A stretch of 64,000 nucleotides of DNA, taken from a virus. Numbering within the stretch: the stretch's first letter is position 1; each line of letters begins with the position of its first letter. The stretch is from positions 62,970 through 126,969 of the IMG/VR virus record IMGVR_UViG_3300027754_005988. One strand, 5' to 3'. Positions 49,854 through 58,375 of this stretch are shown here, one piece after another. The translations under genes and the position numbers were made by a program. Under the pieces are notes generated by a model. That model had not been told where the DNA came from. It was given only the letters and a program-made list of their open reading frames with translations, and searched no databases.

Positions 49854-50078
49854 ATGAACGGGGAAAGACTTTTTAAAATTGTGATGATGGAATTAACTTC
49901 TGATAGTTTAAAGCTAGAAGAAGAGCTTGAATTCACAATAAACTCTGACATGGATGTCAATAGTAAAACAACAAAAATAAAAGAATTGCTATTTAACATA
50001 GCAACTATTGAAATTAGTATTAGTAAATTTACTAGTATGGTTTCAACAAATCAAAATAACAATGAAATAAAAAATTAA
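49854..50078 (+). CDS. Hypothetical protein (74 aa)
   Basis: ORF directly after the promoter. Confidence 0.7.
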   Translation: MNGERLFKIVMMELTSDSLKLEEELEFTINSDMDVNSKTTKIKELLFNIATIEISISKFTSMVSTNQNNNEIKN

Positions 50079-50080
50079 AA

Positions 50081-50257
50081 ATGGAAAATTTTAACGAATT
50101 AAAAAAAATCGTTTCTGGATTAGAAGAAGACACTATTAAGTTTTATGAAAAAGACAATAAAGCAGCTGGTGTGAGAATTAGAAAAGCGTTACAAGAAATT
50201 AAAACTCTTGCTCAAACAATTAGAATAGAAGTTTCTAATAAAAACAAAAAAGCTTAA
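50081..50257 (+). CDS. Histone H1-like (Hc1-family) DNA-binding protein, 58 aa
   Basis: MENFNELKKIVSGLEEDTIKFYEKDNKAAGVRIRKALQEIKTLAQTIRIEVSNKNKKA; KFY..xNKAAG.R.RK motif of the Bacteroidota Hc1-like family. Not in the ORF track. Confidence 0.85.
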   Translation: MENFNELKKIVSGLEEDTIKFYEKDNKAAGVRIRKALQEIKTLAQTIRIEVSNKNKKA

Positions 50258-50268
50258 TAATAAAAAAT

Positions 50269-50481
50269 ATGATTATAGATATACTCAATAAAATATTAGT
50301 GGTGTTGTTTTTTATGTCTTGTTTAACGACAATAAGACATAGTTATTACTTTATTCAAGCTATATTGACATCGACAGAAGAACAACCAATAAAATATAAA
50401 TTATCAAATCAATCATTGGTTTTATTGTGTATATCTGTTTCATATATTTTATCAGTATTAATTACTGGCATTACATTATAA
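50269..50481 (+). CDS. Small two-TM membrane protein
   Basis: Two hydrophobic helices in 70 aa. Confidence 0.7.
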   Translation: MIIDILNKILVVLFFMSCLTTIRHSYYFIQAILTSTEEQPIKYKLSNQSLVLLCISVSYILSVLITGITL

Positions 50482-50495
50482 ATAAAACATGACCT

Positions 50496-51254
50496 ATGTC
50501 AAAAATACAAGAAACATTAGACAATTTACAACCATATGTTATCGGAATTAGATACCTAGAAGGTGCTGTAGTTGTTGATGCAGTTTTTAAAGAAGGCTGG
50601 ACCGTTCCAGATGATGCTAACATTAAAAAAGTCAAAGGTAACGATGAACTTAATTACTACATGATATTTAGTGAAGTAAAAAATGTTGGATTAGATGATT
50701 TATTAAATTATGTTGATAAAACAATTAAGGTTAATCTTGAAAGAGAGAAAAAACATGATTTATTACGTGAAAAGGTAAATGAATTAAAAGAAATCTTCAA
50801 AAAAAATAGTTTAACTAAATTACAAAGACTTAAATTCACATTTAATGAAGAAGAGTTATTACCTAATCTAAATGATTTTGATATTGATGATGAATTTATT
50901 TTACCTGAGTTACCAAAAAAAGAATTGCCAACATATGAAGACGAAAATGAATATCATGAAGAAGAAACACAAATAACCAATGAACCTATTGGTTATGTCG
51001 ATGAGAACGGTAATCAAATCGAAATGACTGAAGAAGAATTAGAAATATTAGCAGAAGAAGCTAGGGCTGAAAAAAATAGAAAAGCAATCGAAGCCAAAAA
51101 ACAAAAATCTGGTGTTAATAATGTGGCTAAAAAAATTGAGTTACCACCTAAAAGAAAAGTGGAAATGGCAATAAGTGAAAGCGATTATGAAACTGATTGT
51201 GATTGTGGACCAAATGATGCTTGTGAAAAATGCATAGATTCTAAAGATTATTAA
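50496..51254 (+). CDS. Acidic hypothetical protein with C-terminal Cys motif
   Basis: Coiled coil; CDCGPNDACEKC at the C-terminus. Confidence 0.75.
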   Translation: MSKIQETLDNLQPYVIGIRYLEGAVVVDAVFKEGWTVPDDANIKKVKGNDELNYYMIFSEVKNVGLDDLLNYVDKTIKVNLEREKKHDLLREKVNELKEIFKKNSLTKLQRLKFTFNEEELLPNLNDFDIDDEFILPELPKKELPTYEDENEYHEEETQITNEPIGYVDENGNQIEMTEEELEILAEEARAEKNRKAIEAKKQKSGVNNVAKKIELPPKRKVEMAISESDYETDCDCGPNDACEKCIDSKDY

Positions 51255-51258
51255 ACAT

Positions 51259-51286
51259 AAAAAAGAGCCTTATAAGCTCTTTTTTT
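51259..51286. terminator. Intrinsic terminator (bidirectional shape)
   Basis: AAAAAAGAGC-CTTATAA-GCTCTTTTTT. Confidence 0.8.
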
Positions 51287-51297
51287 GTTTTATAAAG

Positions 51298-51304
51298 TAT
51301 TTAT
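51298..51304 (+). promoter_or_regulatory. Putative late promoter motif TATTTAT
   Basis: 4 nt upstream of ATG 51309. Confidence 0.55.
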
Positions 51305-51308
51305 AAGT

Positions 51309-52214
51309 ATGAAAGAGTTTATTAAATTAAGACTTATTGAGTACGTAGAAAAAATCGAAGAATCAAACATAATTGATATTGATAAGATAGCACCAAACGC
51401 TGATGATATCACTGAGGAAAAGCTATATCCAATATTAAATGATTTATTTAGAGGTATTAATAAAATAAAAAGAAATCAATTTGATAAGTTATCAGATAGT
51501 GAAAAATCAATAATATTTAATACATTTCCCAATATTATTAATAAAAAGACCAAAGAATATAATAAAGCATTTAAAGTTACTTACGATAATTCAGTTATAA
51601 ACGATAATTTAATTTATATATACAATGTAAAAACGCTTAAGGGTGTTGATAAAAAAATATCAGTAGGGTTATTTTATGACAATGATAATCTAGCTTATAT
51701 GAAAGATAGCTTATTACTTTTAAACATTAAGAATATAGGTATAAATGGTCTAAACAATTTAAAACTAACTGTAAGACATGAATTAATCCATGCCGCTGAC
51801 CCTAAAGTAGATAACGCTAAACCAATAGTAAAAGATAAAAATAAGCGTAAGCAATATGTGAGATACACTAAATTAGATTATGAATTTGATTCTTTTAGTC
51901 ATGAATTAATAACTGTAGTGAAAGATAATGTGAATAATATTGCTAATGAAGAAAAGAAATTAGAAATAATTAAAAAATTATGGGAGGTAATTGATTCTGT
52001 AAAAACAAAAACCAAAGAAGAATTAAGTTATGAATATGCTTCTGATAGTGTAATAAGACTTTTTACACCTGACGGACTCACTAGTACTAATAATACAATG
52101 TTAAGAAGTAATTTTTGGCAGGCATTAAATTTATTAGAAGCGTGGAAAACGAAACCAACATTATATAATATGTTCTACAAAAGATTAACTAGGTTTATAC
52201 CATACATAAAATAA
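51309..52214 (+). CDS. Putative zincin-type metalloprotease cargo protein (start re-assigned to MKEFIK)
   Basis: HELIH at 51777-51791 plus downstream YEFDS; MKEFIKLRLIE leader; track start 51285 overlaps the terminator. Confidence 0.62.
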   Translation: MKEFIKLRLIEYVEKIEESNIIDIDKIAPNADDITEEKLYPILNDLFRGINKIKRNQFDKLSDSEKSIIFNTFPNIINKKTKEYNKAFKVTYDNSVINDNLIYIYNVKTLKGVDKKISVGLFYDNDNLAYMKDSLLLLNIKNIGINGLNNLKLTVRHELIHAADPKVDNAKPIVKDKNKRKQYVRYTKLDYEFDSFSHELITVVKDNVNNIANEEKKLEIIKKLWEVIDSVKTKTKEELSYEYASDSVIRLFTPDGLTSTNNTMLRSNFWQALNLLEAWKTKPTLYNMFYKRLTRFIPYIK

Positions 52215-52236
52215 AGCCCTTAGAAAGGGCTTTATT
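52210..52236. terminator. Bidirectional terminator between convergent genes
   Basis: AATAAAGCCCT-TAGAA-AGGGCTTTATT. Confidence 0.8.
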
Positions 52237-52255
52237 AATTTAATGGTAAATAATA

Positions 52256-52597
52256 CTATTCTTTAACAAAGGCTCGTTCTAACGCCTCTTCAAAATTGTG
52301 GAATAACCAAACACCAGCTGTTGATAATAATCCATTTAAAAATATCATTAAATAAAGATTATCAATACCATAGTAACCCATTGGTGTTAATTTAGCATAA
52401 CCAAAATAAGTCATTATTGCTGATATGGCAAAACCCATCCAAGTCCCCAAACATAAAAAGCAAGTAAACAATTTATGTATACTATATCCACTAGTGCCAA
52501 ATTTAGCTAATAGGTTTCTCCAACCTTCGAATACTGAACCATAAATCATGTTGTTACAAGCACCGTAACAAATAAGAATAAAAATAAGTGTAATCAT
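52256..52597 (-). CDS. Membrane protein, DUF1360-like
   Basis: Three hydrophobic helices; LFTCFLCLGTW resembles the CxxCxxxW motif of that family. Confidence 0.6.
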   Translation of the reverse strand: MITLIFILICYGACNNMIYGSVFEGWRNLLAKFGTSGYSIHKLFTCFLCLGTWMGFAISAIMTYFGYAKLTPMGYYGIDNLYLMIFLNGLLSTAGVWLFHNFEEALERAFVKE

Positions 52598-52658
52598 ATG
52601 TTTTTATTTTAAATGTAATGATAATATGGGTAATAGTAAATATTTATTAATTGTAATC

Positions 52659-52690
52659 GTTGACTAATAAAAAAATTAACAATATATTAG
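52659..52690 (+). promoter_or_regulatory. Variant early promoter
   Basis: GTTG-N20-TATATTAG. Confidence 0.55.
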
Positions 52691-52707
52691 CGAAATAAAA
52701 TATTTGT

Positions 52708-52932
52708 ATGAAACCAAAAAAAGACGCAGTAAGTAGAGAGATAGAACAAATTGAAAGAGAAAATCTTTTAGATATGTATAAAACTGCTCAAACAAAAGTT
52801 AAATTAATTAGTGAATTAAAAAATGGTTTGGGTGAAGATATTAAGAAGAACCCAAATAAAGTTACCTTTATAAAAAAAACTTGGTATCAAAGGTTTATGA
52901 TTACAATTAAGAATATTTTTACAAAATTTTAA
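52708..52932 (+). CDS. Hypothetical protein (74 aa)
   Basis: Clean ORF. Confidence 0.7.
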   Translation: MKPKKDAVSREIEQIERENLLDMYKTAQTKVKLISELKNGLGEDIKKNPNKVTFIKKTWYQRFMITIKNIFTKF

Positions 52933-52935
52933 AAA

Positions 52936-53169
52936 ATGACATACGAAAAACTAATAGAAACAATATCAACAATTGTTGATAATGAAAACATATTCAAAGA
53001 AGGATTAACACTTGTTTATGAACTAGATGAAAAAAAACATAGACAAATAAATGAACATTTATTTTTTAAATCAAACCCATCAACAAATGAATTTGTTGCT
53101 ACAGATGAATTTGAAGTAGAATTAGGTGGTATACTAGTTAAATTCGTGAAAAATAAAAAAAAATACTAG
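52936..53169 (+). CDS. Hypothetical protein (77 aa)
   Basis: Clean ORF, 3 nt after the previous stop. Confidence 0.72.
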   Translation: MTYEKLIETISTIVDNENIFKEGLTLVYELDEKKHRQINEHLFFKSNPSTNEFVATDEFEVELGGILVKFVKNKKKY

Positions 53170-53185
53170 TAGTTTATAATTATAA

Positions 53186-53216
53186 TTTGTTTTTTAACCA
53201 TAATTAAGTATATTTG
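53186..53216 (+). promoter_or_regulatory. Bacteroidota-type early promoter
   Basis: TTTG-N19-TATATTTG. Confidence 0.75.
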
Positions 53217-53223
53217 TGGTATT

Positions 53224-53916
53224 ATGAAAACAAAAGAGAAAAAAATACTAGAAGATTTTGGCGATTATGAATTTGTCGCTGGTATTGATGAAGTAGGTAG
53301 AGGCTGTGGCGCTGGTCCAGTTGTAACCGCTTCTGTAATTATGCCAAAAGGTTTTAAATCACCTCTTATAAGAGATTCTAAGAAACTTTCAGAGAAACAA
53401 AGACTAGAAGCTTACCAATTGATATTGGATAACGCTATAGCTATTTCATGTCAATCTGGTTTTGTGTCAGATATTGATGAACTAGGTATAAATCCAACTA
53501 CATTTAACACAATGGTTAAAAACATAAATGAAATATCTGAAATTTTATCTAAAAGTTATTCTATAAGTGAAACTGTTTGGGACCAAGAAAAACAACTTAG
53601 AGAGTATAAAGACCCAAATAGAGAACCGTTAAAAATAGGTGCTGTTTTAGTAGATGGTACTGAATGGATTAAAGATTCAGATATTAAAGTAATCTTAGTC
53701 CCTAAAGGTGATGATACGTATACTTGTATAGCAGCTGCGGCTATAGTTGCAAAAGTTAGACGTGATAAGTATATGGCGCAGTTACATGAATTACATCCAG
53801 AATATAATTGGAACAAGAATAAAGGTTATTTAACACCAGAACATATAGATGCGTTAAAAAAATATGGCCCCAACAAATATCATAGAAAACAATATGTTAA
53901 AAATTTTATTAATTAG
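53224..53916 (+). CDS. rnhB: Ribonuclease HII
   Basis: AGIDEVGRG, RDSKKLSEKQR, VLVDG, KGDD, AAAAIVAKVRRD, NKGY motifs. Confidence 0.95.
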   Translation: MKTKEKKILEDFGDYEFVAGIDEVGRGCGAGPVVTASVIMPKGFKSPLIRDSKKLSEKQRLEAYQLILDNAIAISCQSGFVSDIDELGINPTTFNTMVKNINEISEILSKSYSISETVWDQEKQLREYKDPNREPLKIGAVLVDGTEWIKDSDIKVILVPKGDDTYTCIAAAAIVAKVRRDKYMAQLHELHPEYNWNKNKGYLTPEHIDALKKYGPNKYHRKQYVKNFIN

Positions 53917-53927
53917 TTAATTATATT

Positions 53928-54440
53928 ATGAAAGTAAAAAATAAATTATCTGTTAGTTTAATTGTTTTATTAATCACAACACTATTTCTTGTGTCCTGTG
54001 AGAAAGAAATTATAACACCAACCAAACAACCAGAACCAGTTGACACAACAAAATGGCAAGACCAATACACTGACAGTGGTACATTACCTAATTGGACTGT
54101 TAACCAAAACACAAATAATGAATTAGTGAATACCAATTGGGTGTTGACAAAAATAGTTGCTGCATTTGGTACAACAACAATGAATGACACAATACATTTT
54201 ATTTCTAATAATAAGTATTATGTTGGTTCAGACACAACAAATAGTGGTTTATATACGTTATACACATCTCAAAATAATGTTACTCTTACATTTAAACCAT
54301 TTATACCAATGAATTATACACAATGTAGTACAAATCAATTAGGTGTTGGTTTTTCTAAAGGTACTAATATTACTGGTGTTGAATTTGTAAATTTATATAA
54401 TGTAACGTCAACATTTAAAGCTTGGTTTGTTAAAGTATAA
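53928..54440 (+). CDS. Lipoprotein with lipocalin-like beta domain
   Basis: Signal peptide II FLVS-C24, then EKE; LVNTNWVLTK motif. Confidence 0.75.
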   Translation: MKVKNKLSVSLIVLLITTLFLVSCEKEIITPTKQPEPVDTTKWQDQYTDSGTLPNWTVNQNTNNELVNTNWVLTKIVAAFGTTTMNDTIHFISNNKYYVGSDTTNSGLYTLYTSQNNVTLTFKPFIPMNYTQCSTNQLGVGFSKGTNITGVEFVNLYNVTSTFKAWFVKV

Positions 54441-54544
54441 AAAAACAACAAATTTATTAATTTTTTTATTTTATTGTTTACTGTATTAATTAATTTAACT
54501 AATTTTAATTAATAACATAACAATATATTTACAATGAGCAAGTA

Positions 54545-54787
54545 ATGATAAATAAAAAAATAATAATCAAAGAAATAGATAAATTATACAGTAAAAAATT
54601 CAAAGATAAGTTTGTAAGTGAATATATAATTTACTTAATGGAAAATGATGTTAAATTAGCGACATATACTGAAATTGGTGAGGAAGCTAAAAAAGAAAGG
54701 GTTAATAGTATTTTTTTAAATTACTTTCCACATACATTAAAATTAAATGAATATAAAAACATAATTGAAGAAATAACAAATAAATAA
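54545..54787 (+). CDS. Hypothetical protein (80 aa)
   Basis: Clean ORF. Confidence 0.6.
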   Translation: MINKKIIIKEIDKLYSKKFKDKFVSEYIIYLMENDVKLATYTEIGEEAKKERVNSIFLNYFPHTLKLNEYKNIIEEITNK

Positions 54788-54788
54788 T

Positions 54789-55133
54789 ATGGAAAAAGAA
54801 AATCCACTTATCATTGTTTTCTATCTAGATAGTGAAATGATGAAAATAAAAGAAATTATACAACCATTTGTCGAATCAGTTAACGATATGATTAAACAAA
54901 AAGAATCAAATGTAATGGCTTTCTTTTTGCCAACAAAAGGTGAGGAGAGAGTTGAATGCATAAATCCAAAAATAGTTGATAAAGCAGATATGGATAAAAT
55001 ATATAAAATGATTGAAGATATAAGAGAAACATACTTAATAGGTATTAATCTTGACTTACCAGATGAAGAAATAATAATTGATAATAAACCATGTGAATGT
55101 GGTAAGAATCCAGATGGTTCTTGTAAATGCTAA
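54789..55133 (+). CDS. Hypothetical protein with C-terminal CxC...CxC motif
   Basis: Ends KPCECGKNPDGSCKC. Confidence 0.75.
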   Translation: MEKENPLIIVFYLDSEMMKIKEIIQPFVESVNDMIKQKESNVMAFFLPTKGEERVECINPKIVDKADMDKIYKMIEDIRETYLIGINLDLPDEEIIIDNKPCECGKNPDGSCKC

Positions 55134-55137
55134 TATT

Positions 55138-55467
55138 ATGATTGAATGGGATTATTTAGGTTTTAGAAAAGATAAATGTTTAGCTTCAGCTTATAACCAA
55201 AAAGATTGGAATCAAACACTTATAACTCGTTTAAATCGAGCTAATGCTGAATATCATAGAACAGAAGCTAAAATTGGTTCAACAACAATAACGGTTAATG
55301 ATAAAATAAATACATTACTAAACACATTAGAAGATGTTATTGATGGTAAGCTTACACATAGAAAAATTATTATTGATAACAATGTGGATGATAAAACAAT
55401 TATAATCGGAAATACATATTTTCCAGATATTAATATAGAAATAAAAATACTTAATTATGAAAAATGA
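55138..55467 (+). CDS. Hypothetical protein (start re-assigned to MIEWDY)
   Basis: In frame with track ORF 55078; ATG 4 nt after the previous stop. Confidence 0.65.
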   Translation: MIEWDYLGFRKDKCLASAYNQKDWNQTLITRLNRANAEYHRTEAKIGSTTITVNDKINTLLNTLEDVIDGKLTHRKIIIDNNVDDKTIIIGNTYFPDINIEIKILNYEK

Positions 55468-55648
55468 AGATAAAGCACTTATTTATGATGAATGCCTAAG
55501 AGAAAGTGAAAAATTGCAAAGGATAAATTCTAAGATAAAATCAGAACATGCAACAAATATTCCACAACATTTACAAGAAGAAATTGACAGGAATAATGTT
55601 AAAATAAATTCGTTGGTTCGTAAATTAGAATCATTATTTAATAACTAG
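55457..55648 (+). CDS. Hypothetical protein (63 aa)
   Basis: Helical; overlaps the previous gene by 11 nt. Confidence 0.7.
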   Translation: MKNEDKALIYDECLRESEKLQRINSKIKSEHATNIPQHLQEEIDRNNVKINSLVRKLESLFNN

Positions 55649-55649
55649 T

Positions 55650-55826
55650 ATGTTATATTTTTTAAAAAAAGCAATACCAATATGTCGTGATATATCTAAT
55701 TTCACGACATTATTGTTATTACATATATTCTTTATGAATTTATCGGCAGGTATTGAAATAGATAATTTATTTTTGGTTTTATTATCGGCATTATTAACCA
55801 ATTTAATATATAGTTTTAAGGTCTAG
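55650..55826 (+). CDS. Putative 58-aa two-TM membrane protein (not in ORF track)
   Basis: ATG 1 nt after the upstream TAG; MLYFLKKAIPICRDISNFTTLLLLHIFFMNLSAGIEIDNLFLVLLSALLTNLIYSFKV. Confidence 0.5.
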   Translation: MLYFLKKAIPICRDISNFTTLLLLHIFFMNLSAGIEIDNLFLVLLSALLTNLIYSFKV

Positions 55827-56472
55827 TAGAAGTCCTTCTAATCTTTGTATATGGCCAACCAGTCCTATTATGGATTAAATCATAAATATTCCCAATCATA
55901 ACCTTACCAGCAGTCCCCATAAACATAAGACTTTTAATTTTTTGTTTTTTAGCTATTTTAGCCAATGTATGGTGAAGTCTTTGTGCTTCTTCTAAATTTT
56001 TACAAATAATCATTTCAAATTGGTCTTCATTATATATTATTAATTTATTATGTACAACAATTATTTGTTTAACCATTTTTTTTGAATGGGCACCAATTAA
56101 TAATCTTTTGATTATTTCAGATATGGTTGGTCTGTTAATACTATGATGCAATCCATATACCCAAAATGTTTCCTCAATAAAGTATTCATCTGAAGCTAAA
56201 ATAGTCCAATCACCTAATTGTTTTTCAGTATATAATTTACCATAATCATCTCTAAGGATTCTAAAGGTATCTGTATCTTCAGTTATTTTACTAACACATA
56301 TTTCATATTTAACTGGTTTTATGCCATTTGCGTTTATAAATTTTTTTGGATAGAATACTTTATTGTTTTCTTTTATTTTGTGGTAATTGATAAACACTGT
56401 TTCTTTTGTTTTGCATCTGTATAGTGTTTTTTTATATTTTCCGTTTACAAGTAAAATTACTCTAAATGTCAT
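55816..56472 (-). CDS. Hypothetical basic protein (218 aa)
   Basis: Long ORF divergent from dnaJ. Confidence 0.78.
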   Translation of the reverse strand: MTFRVILLVNGKYKKTLYRCKTKETVFINYHKIKENNKVFYPKKFINANGIKPVKYEICVSKITEDTDTFRILRDDYGKLYTEKQLGDWTILASDEYFIEETFWVYGLHHSINRPTISEIIKRLLIGAHSKKMVKQIIVVHNKLIIYNEDQFEMIICKNLEEAQRLHHTLAKIAKKQKIKSLMFMGTAGKVMIGNIYDLIHNRTGWPYTKIRRTSTRP

Positions 56473-56478
56473 GATTAA

Positions 56479-56510
56479 GTTGTTTTTTTAATTATAAGTT
56501 AGTATATTTG
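56479..56510 (+). promoter_or_regulatory. Bacteroidota-type early promoter of dnaJ
   Basis: GTTG-N20-TATATTTG. Confidence 0.8.
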
Positions 56511-56531
56511 TTTTAAAAATAAATACTTAAA

Positions 56532-57536
56532 ATGGCAAAAAGAGATTATTATGAAGTGTTAGGTGTAAATAAGAATTCCTCTGCTGATGAGATTAAGAAA
56601 AAATACAGACAGTTAGCCAAGGAATTACACCCAGATAAGAACAATGGTAGCAAAGAAGCTGAGGAGAAGTTTAAAGAAGTTTCTGAGGCTTATGAAATAC
56701 TTTCCGACAACGATAAAAAGGCTAACTATGATAGATTTGGTCATAGTAATGGTAGACAAAGCCAACAGGCCCAATATCATAGAACACAATATAGACAACC
56801 AGAAAGATTTGGTGAGAATATGCAGATGGTTGTTAAATTAACCTTAGATGAAATATATACTGGTGTTAAAAAAAGATTTAAGTACAATAGAAATGACAAA
56901 TGTGAATCCTGTGATGGACATGGTGGTCATGGTAAAAAAGATTGTGGGACTTGTGGTGGTAGTGGGTTGGTAACACATGCGATTAATACACCTTTCGGTC
57001 AATTCTCAAATATAACACAATGTTATTCATGTAATGGTATCGGTTTAACATATGATAGTCAATGTGGTACTTGCAATGGTTCTGGTGTTAATGTAAAAGA
57101 AGAATTAATAGATATTGATATACCATCTGGTGTTATGGAAGGTATGTCGTTTATTATGCATGGAAAAGGTCATGCGATAAAAGCTGGTAATTCAGGTGAT
57201 TTACATGTTAAAATAATGGAATTGGCGCATAAGGTTTATACTCGTAGCGGTAATGATTTAAAAATGGTTTTAAAACTAACATACCCACAATTGGTTTTAG
57301 GTAGTAAAGTTGAATTAGAAACCATAGACGGTAGTAAAATAAGGATAAACATACCAGAATATAGTGATATAGGTAATGATTTAAGAATACAACATAAAGG
57401 ATTAAAACATTACAATAACGAAGAACGAGGAGATATATTGATTAAATTGGGAATTGATATGCCAAAAGAATTAGATGATGATACAAAAGCTGTTATTATT
57501 GATTTAAAAGAAAAATTAGAGCAAATAGAAAAATAA
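56532..57536 (+). CDS. dnaJ: DnaJ co-chaperone
   Basis: J domain with HPD; four CxxCxGxG motifs; C-terminal substrate-binding domain. Confidence 0.96.
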   Translation: MAKRDYYEVLGVNKNSSADEIKKKYRQLAKELHPDKNNGSKEAEEKFKEVSEAYEILSDNDKKANYDRFGHSNGRQSQQAQYHRTQYRQPERFGENMQMVVKLTLDEIYTGVKKRFKYNRNDKCESCDGHGGHGKKDCGTCGGSGLVTHAINTPFGQFSNITQCYSCNGIGLTYDSQCGTCNGSGVNVKEELIDIDIPSGVMEGMSFIMHGKGHAIKAGNSGDLHVKIMELAHKVYTRSGNDLKMVLKLTYPQLVLGSKVELETIDGSKIRINIPEYSDIGNDLRIQHKGLKHYNNEERGDILIKLGIDMPKELDDDTKAVIIDLKEKLEQIEK

Positions 57537-57547
57537 AAATATTTTTA

Positions 57548-57579
57548 GTTGCAAGATAAATAATTAAATAGTATATTTG
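57548..57579 (+). promoter_or_regulatory. Bacteroidota-type early promoter of the clpP operon
   Basis: GTTG-N20-TATATTTG. Confidence 0.8.
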
Positions 57580-57611
57580 TAAAAATAATATAAACAATAA
57601 AAATAAAACTT

Positions 57612-58067
57612 ATGGCAAAATACGAAGAAGTATTCGAAGACACACAAGATTTGTACACTAGATTAATCAACGAAGCTAGTTTAAATCATGTTAACATTAC
57701 AATCTTAGCTGATAATAAAGCTAAAGAAATTTATAAACTTAATAAAGCTAATGCATTATTAAAGTTCAGAAGTGGTGATGATATCATTATAGTTTTAAAT
57801 GAAAAGATTTTTGAAAAACTAACACAAGAGCAACAAGTTATCATTGCTGAAGAATCATTGGCTGGTATTAGTTATGATGGTGAAAATGATAAAATTGAAC
57901 TTAAAAAACCAGACTTTACTGCTTACACTGGTATTTTGCGTAAGTATAATTATGAAACTGTTGATACTTTAAGAGAATCAATTATATCATTGTATCAAGC
58001 TGAAAAACAAGCTGAAGATGAAGCTAAAAATGCAAATACACCAAAAACAAAAAAACAATATTCATAA
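57612..58067 (+). CDS. Phage putative-metallopeptidase-family protein with degenerate active site
   Basis: IFEKLTQEQQVIIA-EESLAG...PDF...GILRKY resembles W..L..EQ..AL.DHEL.H...PHD...IV.RY, but the His ligands are absent. Confidence 0.5.
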   Translation: MAKYEEVFEDTQDLYTRLINEASLNHVNITILADNKAKEIYKLNKANALLKFRSGDDIIIVLNEKIFEKLTQEQQVIIAEESLAGISYDGENDKIELKKPDFTAYTGILRKYNYETVDTLRESIISLYQAEKQAEDEAKNANTPKTKKQYS

Positions 58068-58369
58068 TGACTAGAGAAGATGCAGAAGAATTAATAAGTG
58101 AGTTAAATCCAGAAGCGTTATTTCTAGATGGTTTCGATGATGCTATATTAGGTATAGCCGAAAGACCTAATTTAGGTCCAGTGGTGGCTTATGATGAAGA
58201 AAAGATAATAGCCATTCTTGTAGAACAAATGGAACCAGACTCTGAAGATTTAATTGATAGAGATGTTTTTGAACTTAAAATGGAAATGGCTCTGGATTAT
58301 TATCATTATAACATCAAAAACGCATGGGTTGGTGAATATACACCAATGATTATAACAACAAATATTTAA
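58067..58369 (+). CDS. Conserved-looking phage hypothetical protein (100 aa)
   Basis: ALFLDGFDDAILG...VAYDEEKI...YNIKNAWVGEYTP; TAATG-coupled. Confidence 0.75.
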   Translation: MTREDAEELISELNPEALFLDGFDDAILGIAERPNLGPVVAYDEEKIIAILVEQMEPDSEDLIDRDVFELKMEMALDYYHYNIKNAWVGEYTPMIITTNI

Positions 58370-58375
58370 TAAAAT

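Noticed and set aside
53911-54504. 10-bp inverted repeat AATTAGTTAA / TTAACTAATT flanking the lipoprotein gene
   Set aside because: Almost pure A/T in ~90% AT spacers, so expected by chance, unlike the GC-rich pair at 59125/59531.
54484-54513. AT-only palindrome TATTAATTAA...TTAATTAATA as a replication origin or cruciform
   Set aside because: Low complexity; no iterons or other supporting signal.
55640-55812. Open minus-strand frame LVNNADNKTKNKLSISIPADKF... as a gene
   Set aside because: No ATG and no clear start context; it is the antisense of the better-placed plus-strand 58-aa ORF.
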